A DNA stretch of 63,985 bases, counting the filler, from an uncultured bacterium (lineage in GTDB: Bacteria; CAYSBA01): the NCBI GenBank assembly GCA_964429075.1. It is 14 parts of 14 records of this genome, joined end to end, with 100 filler letters (N's around TTAATTAATTAA, not from the genome) between each part and the next. Parts side by side here need not be neighbours in the genome. Positions count along the whole stretch, not along the records: positions 1 to 4,682 come from CAYSBA010000138.1; positions 4,783 to 9,390 come from CAYSBA010000140.1; positions 9,491 to 14,097 come from CAYSBA010000141.1; 11 more parts are not named here. One strand, given 5' to 3'. The notes under the pieces are model-generated. The model saw nothing but the letters and a program-made list of their open reading frames with translations, made no database searches and was not told the origin of the DNA. The position numbers were made by a program, and so were the translations under genes. How positions within the stretch are numbered: position 1 is the stretch's first letter; every line of letters begins with the position of its first letter. Shown here one piece after another: positions 1 through 10,051 of the stretch.

Positions 1-1701
1 TTGATTATCTTATTCGTCATTCTAACCTTTTTCTGCTTAAATACCGGTGCAACAGAAAAAAAAGTTCCTGATAAGGATGTAAAGAGTTATACCAAGAAGA
101 ATACAACAAACAGTAAGAAAAATGAAAAAGATAAAAAAACAGAAAAGAACTTAAAGCAAAGAATTACTATTAAAAATAAAAAAGCTCATACGAAAAAAAA
201 TCCTTCTGTGGAGAGACAAAAAAAATCAACAATATCTCAAAATGAAAAGGAAGTGAATTCAGATTTTAGTTTTAAAGGGGGTTTCAGGTTTGTATATACA
301 AGATTATCAGATTTTCCTGTGGACAGAGATGGCAACAGTATGACTCAATCACACATTTTTGAAACACGTCTTAGATTATCACCACATATTGAAATAAATA
401 AGAATCTAACCCTGTTTTCGCAATTTGACTTTTTAAATGGACCTATTGCTGGTAAATATCATGGTGAATATGCAACCTATGCTGAATATCCAAAAACTGG
501 ACCTATCAATATAAGAGACTTTGAAATGAGAGAGCTATATCTACGTTATAAGACATCATACGGTATCTGGGAGATAGGGCAGAATTTATCAGACTGGGGA
601 CTTGGTATATTTGCAAACGGTGGAGTGAGAAAAGATGAGTTTATGTTTGGCGATACACATTATGGTGATCTTGTAGAGAGGGTTCTTTTTGCTACAAAGC
701 CCTTTTATGCATTCTCTGGTGGTTCATGGGGTGAGGATATTATTACTGCCCTTGCATTAGATCTTGTATACAGAGATAGACTTGCAAAACTTAATAATGG
801 AGATCGTGGTTATAATTTTATTTTTGCAATCCTCTTTAAAAAAGATGAGGAACATCAGCTCGGTAGTTATATTACCTATAGATATCAGATCGATGGTAAT
901 GAATCCTCTGACAGAACAAAAGCACTTGCAGTCGATCTCTTTGGGAAATGGGAATTTCCATTAAATACAAACCTTCCTTTAATACAACGGGTAAGACTCT
1001 ACTCAGAGGCAGAGGGTGTTTTTATAACAGGCAGTACACAAAAGTTAAGAAATCAAAATGCACCAGATGGGGTAAAGGTCTTGCAGGGTGGTGGAGTCTT
1101 TATTGCCGGTGCAAGAGGTAGTTTTGCTGATCTTTCTTTAGAAATAGGTTATGCCTCAGGTGATTCTGATCCCAACGATAATAAGATGAATGCCTTTGTT
1201 TTTAATCCGGATTATAATGTTGGTCTTATTCTTTTTGAAGAGGTTCTGGCATGGCAGAGCGCAGCTTCTGCCTATAGAATGGCCGATCCTTCAATAACCG
1301 GTGAGAAACCCTACGGGACAGATCTTTTACCGACTAATGGTGCAGTGACAAATGCACTTTATGTGGGGCCACGTCTTTTATTGGGGCCACTTTATGACTT
1401 TAAGTTAAGGATTCAGGCCTTCTATGCCAGAAGTGTTGCACCTGTTGTAGATCCGTTATACTCCCTTCTGGAAGGTGGGCAGAATATTAATTATGTAGGC
1501 AGACTTTCAAAACCAGAAGATTATGGAGCAGAATTGGATGTGGGTATTGATTACACAAAAAGTTTAGTTAACAGTCTATTACTCAGAGCAACTCTTGAAA
1601 CCGGCTGGTTCTTCCCCTCCCTCGTATTTCGTCTCTCTGATGGCAGGGACATGTCCACTGTATGGTGCGCCAGGGTAAAATTCAATATAGGGTGGGAATG
1701 A
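1..1701 (+). CDS. Outer-membrane beta-barrel protein (alginate-export/TIGR04551-related fold); true start probably just upstream of window
   Basis: N-terminal hydrophobic signal-like stretch, Lys-rich low-complexity linker, amphipathic beta-strands, WGLGIFANGG and FNPDYNVGLILF motifs similar to those in the 16899-18580 barrel, aromatic C-terminus (FNIGWE). Confidence 0.65.
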   Translation: MIILFVILTFFCLNTGATEKKVPDKDVKSYTKKNTTNSKKNEKDKKTEKNLKQRITIKNKKAHTKKNPSVERQKKSTISQNEKEVNSDFSFKGGFRFVYTRLSDFPVDRDGNSMTQSHIFETRLRLSPHIEINKNLTLFSQFDFLNGPIAGKYHGEYATYAEYPKTGPINIRDFEMRELYLRYKTSYGIWEIGQNLSDWGLGIFANGGVRKDEFMFGDTHYGDLVERVLFATKPFYAFSGGSWGEDIITALALDLVYRDRLAKLNNGDRGYNFIFAILFKKDEEHQLGSYITYRYQIDGNESSDRTKALAVDLFGKWEFPLNTNLPLIQRVRLYSEAEGVFITGSTQKLRNQNAPDGVKVLQGGGVFIAGARGSFADLSLEIGYASGDSDPNDNKMNAFVFNPDYNVGLILFEEVLAWQSAASAYRMADPSITGEKPYGTDLLPTNGAVTNALYVGPRLLLGPLYDFKLRIQAFYARSVAPVVDPLYSLLEGGQNINYVGRLSKPEDYGAELDVGIDYTKSLVNSLLLRATLETGWFFPSLVFRLSDGRDMSTVWCARVKFNIGWE

Positions 1702-4631
1702 TTATGAAGTTAACACGTATATATTTTATAATTTTTATCTTATTGTTTGGAATTGGCTGTCAGAATACCGACCTAAAGGGTCTTTCTTTGAGTGAAGATT
1801 CCGGTGGTGTAAGGGTGGTTTTTGATCTATATGCAACTCCAGTTCCGGATATTCCATTCCCTATAGATATTGCTACCAAACCAGATCCAGATTCTCCAAC
1901 CAATCTCAGGTTGAACTTTAGTCTTGATGCCCCTACTGATATGGAAAAGAGGGTAAGAAGATTGATAAACACCCTCGATGGCTTTGGCACCTATAGTCCG
2001 ATAACCGTATCATTCACAGGGTCACTCGATGTAGAGGATATCAAAAAAAGACATTCAAATCTCGACTGGACAGACGATGCCATCTATGTGTTTAACATAG
2101 ATGAAGATTCACCGCACTTTGGAGAGGCTGTAAAACTCGATCTCGGAAATGGCAACTTCCCTGTAACATTAGAAAAGAATAACAACTATTTTGCAAACGA
2201 TCCACGAAAAGATGGGTCTAATCTTGTTTTTGAGACCTATAATGAAGACAAAAATGGTAATGGGGTCCTTGATTTTGGAGAGGATACAGATGGAGATGGT
2301 ATCCTGGATAGGCCCAATCTTTTTCCAGGAGCTGCAGATCCTTATGATGATCTTGTTGATTTTTTCGATTTTCAGACGAATACCCTGATAATAAGACCTA
2401 TTGTCCCACTCCAGGAGTGTTCAAAATATGCTGTAGTCCTTACAAAGAGACTCTATGGTGCAGACGGAAGACCTGTGGTATCTCCATTTAAATATATTAA
2501 TCACATCTGGCAGACAGATGAATTAAGACCACTGCTTAGGGTTCTACCGAAGTATGGCCTCGATATTTCTGTTGTTGCATTTACCTGGGCATTTACAACC
2601 CAGTGTGTTTCAAACGATCTTGTTGCAATAAGGGAAGGTCTGTATGGCTATGGACCATTTTCAGAACTCTCGCTGTGGTTCTCTCCTGTTGTTTCTGGTT
2701 TGATCAAACTAACTGACGACTCGTATGTATTAAGTGCAAAAAAATTGACTAATATAGCAAATACAATAGCTGCTTTAATTGCGCCAGACATGTCAGAGGG
2801 TATAAAAGCATTGATGGATTCTTACAAATATGTCGATTATTTAGCTATGTTTTCATTTGATTCACCAGATTTTATAACCCTATCTGCTGATCAGGTATTT
2901 CAGATAAACCCAAAGACAGGTTTGATAGATGCACTATCTACAGGGGAAATATATGCCTTTATGGCAGTGCCTAAAAGACATTCTGGCTACAAACCTCCAT
3001 TCCCAGTTGTGATATACAGTCATGGTTATACCTCCAACAAGATTGAAATGATCGGTTTTGCTGGGTTTATGGCCAAATATGGTATCGCAACCGTTGCTAT
3101 AGATGCCTACCATCACGGCATGGATATTAAAGATCTTGTAGGTTCAAACTATGATACAGTAAAAGATCTGGCTAAAAGTCTTGGTATATCCGGTTTTATG
3201 GACGCACTTGAGTTAGGCAGGGCAGTAGATCTAAATGGTGATGGTAAAATAGATTCCGGGGGTGACTACTGGACAGCAGATACATTCAGGACAAGAGACA
3301 TGGTAAGACAGACTACCGTGGATTATATGCAGCTTATCAGGGTTTTATCCAATTTCTGTACCTATCATTGGGAGTATGATACAGACGGTGATGGACATCG
3401 TGATATTGCAGGAGACTTTGATGGAGATGGTGTATGTGATGCGGGTGGTCCAGAAAATCGATATTACATTTGGGGAGAGTCTTTGGGTGGGATACAATCC
3501 ATGATTCTCCCTGCAGTTGAACCAAGGGTCATTGCTGCTGCACCAACTTCAGGTGGAGGAGGCCTGCTTGACATTGGTATCAGGTCAAAACAGGGGGGAG
3601 TCGTAGAGGCAGTTTTCCTTCAAATTATGGGACCCATCATTGCCGGTATTCCAGATGGAGATGGCAATATCGTTTTTGAATTTATAACAAATGATGTTAA
3701 TAAGGAGGCAAAAGTCCCATTTTTCAGGATAGAAGCGGCAGAGATCAAAGATAAAATCATCCGGGTTACAAATCTTAAGAATAACAAAGTCGATTCCATT
3801 TTGGTTAAAGATGATGGCAGCTTTAGGTTACAGATTCCATCTGACAGAGGAGATGGGCTTGTAATAGAGATAATAGACCCGGATTCGCAGGAGGTTTTGA
3901 AGAAGATAGATACCTTTGGGATGGATGTGGAATTTCAAACAGATACATACGCAAAAGGAGATCCACTTGTTGCAATACAGGAGGGCTTTGGAATTAAGCG
4001 TCAGACTCCAGATATGAGAAGATTCATGGGACTTGCACAGATGATCCTTGAAAAGGGGGACCCGATAAACTATGCCAGAAGGTATTTTCTTGAGCCACTT
4101 TTTATAAGACCAGAAGGAAGAGTGACGTCAAATGTGCTTATCATAAATACAATAGGTGATATGAATGTGCCAATAAACACCGGTATTGCACAGGCTCGTG
4201 CTGCAGGGTTAATTGACTATCTTCATATAGATGGTAGATACGGCACCTCACAAAACGATTTTCTTATCAAGAATTATGTACTTGAAGCATTAGAAAAATT
4301 GAAACGTTTTGACAACAGGGAGATCCTCTTTGATCCTGATGATCTCGACCAGAACACCGACGGTTTTGATGCACCATCCCCTGATGTACCTCTTCGTCTT
4401 ACAATAAACACCCCAACCGGTGTTTCTGCTGTAAGATTTCCATACATTAGCCCACAGGGAGCTCATGGTTTTGCCATACCTGAACCTGATCGTGCCTTTG
4501 ATGTTCAGACATTTATGGCAAATATGGTGGGTATTTATCTTTCAAGTGGTGGTAGGGTAATTAAGGAAGATCTTTGTATGCAGGATAATTCATGTAGGTA
4601 TATTCCAAAGCCTCTGGAGGATGAAAAATGA
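1698..4631 (+). CDS. Large lipoprotein with Ig-like N-terminal region and alpha/beta-hydrolase (lipase-like) domain
   Basis: ATG at 1698 overlaps upstream TGA (ATGA); lipobox LLFGIGC; oxyanion HG (YSHGYTS), nucleophile GESLGG, candidate Asp (GDMNVP) and His (GAHGF); several DxD/NxDG Ca-binding loops. Confidence 0.75.
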   Translation: MIMKLTRIYFIIFILLFGIGCQNTDLKGLSLSEDSGGVRVVFDLYATPVPDIPFPIDIATKPDPDSPTNLRLNFSLDAPTDMEKRVRRLINTLDGFGTYSPITVSFTGSLDVEDIKKRHSNLDWTDDAIYVFNIDEDSPHFGEAVKLDLGNGNFPVTLEKNNNYFANDPRKDGSNLVFETYNEDKNGNGVLDFGEDTDGDGILDRPNLFPGAADPYDDLVDFFDFQTNTLIIRPIVPLQECSKYAVVLTKRLYGADGRPVVSPFKYINHIWQTDELRPLLRVLPKYGLDISVVAFTWAFTTQCVSNDLVAIREGLYGYGPFSELSLWFSPVVSGLIKLTDDSYVLSAKKLTNIANTIAALIAPDMSEGIKALMDSYKYVDYLAMFSFDSPDFITLSADQVFQINPKTGLIDALSTGEIYAFMAVPKRHSGYKPPFPVVIYSHGYTSNKIEMIGFAGFMAKYGIATVAIDAYHHGMDIKDLVGSNYDTVKDLAKSLGISGFMDALELGRAVDLNGDGKIDSGGDYWTADTFRTRDMVRQTTVDYMQLIRVLSNFCTYHWEYDTDGDGHRDIAGDFDGDGVCDAGGPENRYYIWGESLGGIQSMILPAVEPRVIAAAPTSGGGGLLDIGIRSKQGGVVEAVFLQIMGPIIAGIPDGDGNIVFEFITNDVNKEAKVPFFRIEAAEIKDKIIRVTNLKNNKVDSILVKDDGSFRLQIPSDRGDGLVIEIIDPDSQEVLKKIDTFGMDVEFQTDTYAKGDPLVAIQEGFGIKRQTPDMRRFMGLAQMILEKGDPINYARRYFLEPLFIRPEGRVTSNVLIINTIGDMNVPINTGIAQARAAGLIDYLHIDGRYGTSQNDFLIKNYVLEALEKLKRFDNREILFDPDDLDQNTDGFDAPSPDVPLRLTINTPTGVSAVRFPYISPQGAHGFAIPEPDRAFDVQTFMANMVGIYLSSGGRVIKEDLCMQDNSCRYIPKPLEDEK

Positions 4632-4682
4632 TAAGATTAAAGTACTCTTTCTTTGTTGTTGTCTTTTTAATAACTACAGGGT
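4628..4682 (+). CDS. 5' fragment of an exported protein or lipoprotein, truncated by contig end
   Basis: ATGA overlap with lipase stop; MIRLKYSFFVVVFLITTG reads as a signal peptide. Confidence 0.5.
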
Positions 4683-4782
4683 NNNNNNNNNNNNNNNNNN
4701 NNNNNNNNNNNNNNNNNNNNNNNNNNTTAATTAATTAANNNNNNNNNNNNNNNNNNNNNNNNNNNNNNNNNNNNNNNNNNNN
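4683..4782. other. Artificial contig linker (44 N + TTAATTAATTAA + 44 N), representative of 13 copies
   Basis: Same 100-nt spacer at 4683, 9391, 14098, 18796, 23486, 28173, 32853, 37526, 42158, 46783, 51401, 56012 and 60524; flanked contigs fall steadily in length (4608, 4607, 4598 ... 4412). Confidence 0.98.
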
Positions 4783-6991
4783 GGCTTACAGAGCTTGACA
4801 TCAGTATAAACGGTCTTTCTATCTTTCTTGATAAGTCTAAGATGAGTAATGAAAGGCCGTTAGTCCATAGATTTTATGTTGGAAAGATCTTTAAAGAGAA
4901 TAAGAAAATATTTATTAAAACTGGTTCTTTTGTGTGTGTTGTGGACGAGGTAGCAATAAGAAGAATAGCACAATCCTATTTGATATACAAAAAAGGTAGC
5001 AGGAATATCACGAAAAGGGAACTAATGAGGGCAGAAAGTAAGATCAAAGCTATTTTGAAAGATGGGAGGAATATCCTTTTTTCAATAAGAGACAGAGATG
5101 AAGATTCAACCCTTCATTGCGATATAGAACAGGAACCTTCTATCAAGAGCGGATTCGTATTTTTAGATGGGCCGGGAAGGATAGTAACCTATATGTCCAG
5201 CTATTACAACAGGGATTTTGACTTTTTGAGGATGGGAAAAAGACAGACAGGGTCAGCAATAAAACCCTTTTTATATATACTTGCAATGGCACTTGGTTGG
5301 AAGCCTTATGGCAATGAAATCTATTATCTAAGGGATGATATTCACCCATTTTATGTCTTTAACNNNNNNNNNNTAATAATAGTGGTGAACCCTGGATCCC
5401 CTTATGGAAGGGACTTGTCAAGTCTCAGAATATTGCATCTGTCTATCTACTCGATCATCTAACACAATGGCTTACTCTCAAACAGCGAAAGAGGCTTACT
5501 GGCATTCTTGGATTGCTGAGGAGGTCAGACGAAAATAAAAAAGATTATATAAAAAGAATAAGGGATAGTTATGGGATTTTTTTTGATAAAAATTATATAG
5601 AAAAAACAGCCTTTGAATATGCAAAATACCTCCTTTTACAGCGAGAAGATATCAATCCAGAGTATAGAAAGGTCCTTATAAGACTATACTTTGGTGGTGG
5701 GGAGGATAAAGCATTGGCACTTGCAGAACGATTTAAAAATAGGGGATTGATTTCAAAAGAGCGTTTCAGCCAAATAAAAGATCATCTTAGAAGGACATAC
5801 AAAAGGGTCAGGGAAGGCTACTATTGTTTTAGTAACTTCTGGAAGAACAGGGGATCTGAAAAAGGGATGCTTTTTGTAGATAAAAATGGAGAGTACAGCT
5901 TTTTTTGTGAGAATACATTGGTAAAAGATTATATGCCTGTCACAGAATTAGACATGGTTGGAGACCAAGAAAAAGTAAAAATTAATGGTCTTTTGTATGT
6001 GAGGGATGTAAAATTTATAGAAGATATTATCAAAGACCTTAATTCAGATAGAGAGTCACTGTATGATCCGGATTATATTATCTTTCACCCGGAGTTCAGA
6101 AGACGAATGAATACCCTTTTGTTTTATAGGTTTTTGAAGGTACTTGGCGTCAATCTAAAAGGATATAAACCCCTCTTATCTATGGCTCTTGGGACAATGG
6201 AAATAAGACCCATAGACCTTGCTATTGCGCTTGCAAAACTTATTAAAGGGCCAAACTTTAAAGCCTATATCATTGATAGAATTGAGGATGAAAGTGGCAG
6301 ATTGATATATAAGACAGATTTAAATAAAAGGCAGAATGGTAAAAAGCTATGCAACATAGACATTTTGCTTGAGATGATGCATGGTGTTGCCACATACGGG
6401 ACAGCACCATTTTTGAACAGAATTGAGATCAATCAGAACCCCTCAGGGATATTGCAGACAATGCCAAAAGGTAGACTTACAATCAAATCTAACAACAGAA
6501 CATATCAATTATGGGCAGGTGGTAAGACCGGGACTACCAATGATTATACTGATGCATGGTTTAACGGTGTTTTTCTACTCCCACTTCATCCACCACCTTT
6601 AGATAAAAATGACCTCTGGAATGGAGTTGTATGGGTAGGTCAGAATTCTAAATCCAATAAACTGGTAAACCATACATTAAAGGTATATGGTTCTACATCT
6701 GCAAGATTGTGGTCAAAGATTTCAAGAATTATTTTAAAAAATAGGTTGAACGAGATCGATTTAGCAGATTGGTTTGATAGCAATATCGTAGAACTAAAAT
6801 TAGAAAAAAGCGGAGAGTCTGTTATGCTTGATCCTTCAACCGGTAGCATAATATCCGCATCCATTTGCATACCAGAGGGAAGATATTTTTGTAGAGAAGA
6901 TGACAGGCTAAAACCGATTAGATTTTTACCTGCAGATATTAATAGTTGTTTTGATAGGGTTTTAGATTTCATAAAAAGGCCAAATCAATGA
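4783..6991 (+). CDS. Penicillin-binding protein (PBP1A-like transpeptidase domain), 5'-truncated and split by the 10-N gap at 5364-5373
   Basis: RQTGSAIKPF (SxxK) before the gap; after the gap the frame of ORF 5513 reads GLVKSQNIASV (SxN), SMALG and GKTGTTND (KTG), so ORFs 4842 and 5513 are one gene. Confidence 0.85.
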
Positions 6992-7055
6992 TCACTTTTG
7001 GATAATCCCATATCTTTCTTGACAATATTAATATATTACTATAGTGCTTTTTGTT

Positions 7056-8954
7056 ATGGAAATCCAGTGCTCCAGCTGTGGAACCAGATACAACTTTGAT
7101 GAATCCTCAATCCCCGAAAGCGGGATGATGGTAAAATGTGCCTCCTGTGGCTTTGTTTTTAAGATCAAGAAACAGTCTGTAGTTGTAACAGAAGAGGTAG
7201 GTAAGCCCCTTGATCTTGGATCTACAGCAAGTTCAAGGCAGCAGAGTGTTGCTCAACCTATAAATTATACACATCAAAGCTATCAACAAGCTAATCAGAG
7301 TGGTTATAATCAGCAAATATCTGATCAGGGATGGTATCTGAGGAAACCAGACGGAAATATCTACCGATGTAAAGATTTAGCCACACTCAGTCAATGGATA
7401 ACAGAAAAAAGAGTTTTACCAACAGATGAGATCTCAAAGACTGGGCAAACCTGGAAAAGGATATCTGATGTACCAGAACTAAATGCATTGTTCAGTAATA
7501 TTACATCAAGATCTGTAACAGAGCTTACCCAGGAACAACTTATCAATCAAAATTCACAGGAAGCAACACAGCAAGCACATCAGGTTGTCACTCCACAGGA
7601 GACAGCTTTTCAGCAACAAGATCTGTCACAGACAAAGACAGAGTCCACTCTTGGATATGAAGAGGTTTCATATCAGGATGATCTTTATGACTTTTCAGAA
7701 TATGAAAGCGGTAGCAAAAAGGGTCTATTTTTTTTCATATTCCTCATAGTACTTATTGCTGGAATCCTGGATGGTTATTTTGGATACCTAAAACCTAAAG
7801 TAAAAGAAATAGATTCCGTGTTATCAGAGGCAAAAGTACTGGTAGAAAAGGGGGGTGTTGATAATCTAAAGCTCTCAATCGAGAAGGTAAAATCTGCCAA
7901 GGATATAATTGACTCTCTCTTTATTTCTTCTCACGGCAGGAATCTTTCTGAATTAATTAAGGCAATGGCCTATGTCAGGATCGGTGAGTGGTACAGCAGA
8001 TTGATGGTTTTGAACAAGGAGAAGTTTGATAAAATGTCTAAGGCCAAAAAAATAAATACAAATTTGCTGGAAAGACTTAAGACTACAATAGAACAGGAAC
8101 AGATAGAAAGTGCAAAGAATTTTGATAAAGCCTTTAAAATCGCCTCAGACTTTTTTAAGTCCAAAAAGGATTCAACAGATGCAAGACTTGCACTCCTTGA
8201 TTATTATAGGGCAAAGGGAGCACAGAAGGATATAATAAAGTTTCGTGAGGGTGTTTCAAGAAAGAAGGCGTCAAATAGAGAGCTTTTTGATCTAATTACA
8301 ATCCTCTCTGATCTTTACCTTGGTAAAAAGGACGCAAAAGATAGGGCAAGGAAGTTGCTCGATAAGCAGCCCATTGCTGAGCTTGGATATGTTGTTGCAA
8401 CACTGTACTTTGGTGAAAAGAATTACAGAGAGGCAAAGATTTTTTTGCACAAGGCCCTTAAAGCAAACCCGGCGTATACACCAGCAAAGGAACTTCTTGA
8501 TAAGATTATAAAGATAAAGGCCAGAAAGGCTGCAGCCAATCAGATAAATGTTATCAGAAAGGAAAAAAAGCGTGTTACATCTATCGATGCACTTCTAAAG
8601 CGTGGTAATAGATTACTCCAGGCAGGTAAATCCTCAGCTGCTGTCACATACTTTGAGAAGGTGCTCGAAAAAGATCCGTCTAATGCTGAGGCACATCTTG
8701 GAATGGGATGGTGCTATTTAGACATGCAATCCTTTGGAGCCTCTATTGCAGAATTTAAAAAGGCGCTGGAGAATAATCCAAAGACCTTTGAAGCATATAT
8801 AGGGCTTGGCGAATCATATAAACTGAAATGGCGGCTTACAAAACAGGACAGTGATAGGAAGAAGGCAATTAAATACTATTCAGAATATCTAAAAAAATTT
8901 CCTGATGGGCCAAGTGCAGTTATCGCAAAGAACAATATAGATGACCTAAAATAA
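7056..8954 (+). CDS. Zinc-ribbon (MJ0042-type) + GYF_2-like + single TM + TPR protein
   Basis: CSSC..CASC zinc ribbon, WYLRKPDG...WKRISDVPEL GYF-like domain, Gln-rich linkers, TM LFFFIFLIVLIAGIL, C-terminal TPRs. Confidence 0.8.
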   Translation: MEIQCSSCGTRYNFDESSIPESGMMVKCASCGFVFKIKKQSVVVTEEVGKPLDLGSTASSRQQSVAQPINYTHQSYQQANQSGYNQQISDQGWYLRKPDGNIYRCKDLATLSQWITEKRVLPTDEISKTGQTWKRISDVPELNALFSNITSRSVTELTQEQLINQNSQEATQQAHQVVTPQETAFQQQDLSQTKTESTLGYEEVSYQDDLYDFSEYESGSKKGLFFFIFLIVLIAGILDGYFGYLKPKVKEIDSVLSEAKVLVEKGGVDNLKLSIEKVKSAKDIIDSLFISSHGRNLSELIKAMAYVRIGEWYSRLMVLNKEKFDKMSKAKKINTNLLERLKTTIEQEQIESAKNFDKAFKIASDFFKSKKDSTDARLALLDYYRAKGAQKDIIKFREGVSRKKASNRELFDLITILSDLYLGKKDAKDRARKLLDKQPIAELGYVVATLYFGEKNYREAKIFLHKALKANPAYTPAKELLDKIIKIKARKAAANQINVIRKEKKRVTSIDALLKRGNRLLQAGKSSAAVTYFEKVLEKDPSNAEAHLGMGWCYLDMQSFGASIAEFKKALENNPKTFEAYIGLGESYKLKWRLTKQDSDRKKAIKYYSEYLKKFPDGPSAVIAKNNIDDLK

Positions 8955-9006
8955 TATTAGTATGTCATATAATAAAATCAAAAGTAGTTGATGAAAAAAA
9001 GATCTT

Positions 9007-9390
9007 TTGATGCATAAAGAAAAAAGACTATCGTGTAAAAAGGAAATATTTGTTTTTATATATCTTTTGTTTCTTACTAACTTCTGGTGTTACGTTATTT
9101 TTGCCGGTGAACTTGATTTAGAGCCTTATTTTTCTATCTTTCCTTCTTATAGCAACACAGAAATTGATAGTAAGGGTAAAGAGTTTGTGCTTTCATCAAT
9201 AGTTGGGGGTTCTTTTGTGTACAATTTAGAATATTTTTTTTTTGGTCTTACGATGGATTCCGGGCTATTATCTTTTAATCCCCCATCAAGACTAACAATA
9301 GACAATGATATGCCAGAGGAAAAGATAAAACAGACATTCTTTATACGTGAGTTGTACTCGGATATTTTTTTTAGTGAGAGGTTAAACTTA
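9007..9390 (+). CDS. Exported hypothetical protein (possible outer-membrane barrel), 3'-truncated
   Basis: Signal-like N-terminus; IRELY motif resembles the barrels in this window; open to contig end. Confidence 0.5.
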
Positions 9391-9490
9391 NNNNNNNNNN
9401 NNNNNNNNNNNNNNNNNNNNNNNNNNNNNNNNNNTTAATTAATTAANNNNNNNNNNNNNNNNNNNNNNNNNNNNNNNNNNNNNNNNNNNN

Positions 9491-9987
9491 ATATTTGGGA
9501 GGTATACTCTCGTATTGCAGGTGGTATACTGTACATTGGAATTCCTCTATCATTTTTAGTAAGACTCCATATGCTTGATCCTAAATGGGTTATAGTTGCC
9601 TTTATAGAGGTGTGGCTTACTGATACATTTGCTATGTTTGGTGGGATGATGTTTGGCAGGCATAAGCTTGCTCCTGTTGTAAGTCCCAATAAGACAAAAG
9701 AGGGATTTATTACAGGTATCCTGGGCGGTATAATCGGAATATGGATCGGTATTACTCTAACCGGAATTTTTATCGAAATTCGGCATGTAATTTTTCTTGG
9801 TATCTTGATGTCTATCTTCGGTCAGCTTGGTGATCTGTTTGAATCATTATTGAAACGAAGTTCGGGAGTTAAAGATTCTGGAACTATTTTACCAGGACAT
9901 GGCGGCATCCTGGATAAGATAGATTCTCTTTTATTTGCCTCTCCACTTTTGTTTTTGTATCTTGAAAATGTACTGGGTTATGTTTAA
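9491..9987 (+). CDS. cdsA: Phosphatidate cytidylyltransferase, 5'-truncated
   Basis: SPNKTKEG, GDLFESLLKR..GVKDSG.ILPGHGGILD signature. Confidence 0.95.
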
Positions 9988-10051
9988 CTCTGAGCTAAAA
10001 GATGTGTCGATATATAGGCAATAGTATTAATAGATCATGGAGGGTTAGAAA

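Noticed and set aside
7019-7045. Sigma70 promoter TTGACA...TATAGT for the zinc-ribbon gene
   Set aside because: Spacer is only 15 nt in an AT-rich context; possible but not well enough supported.
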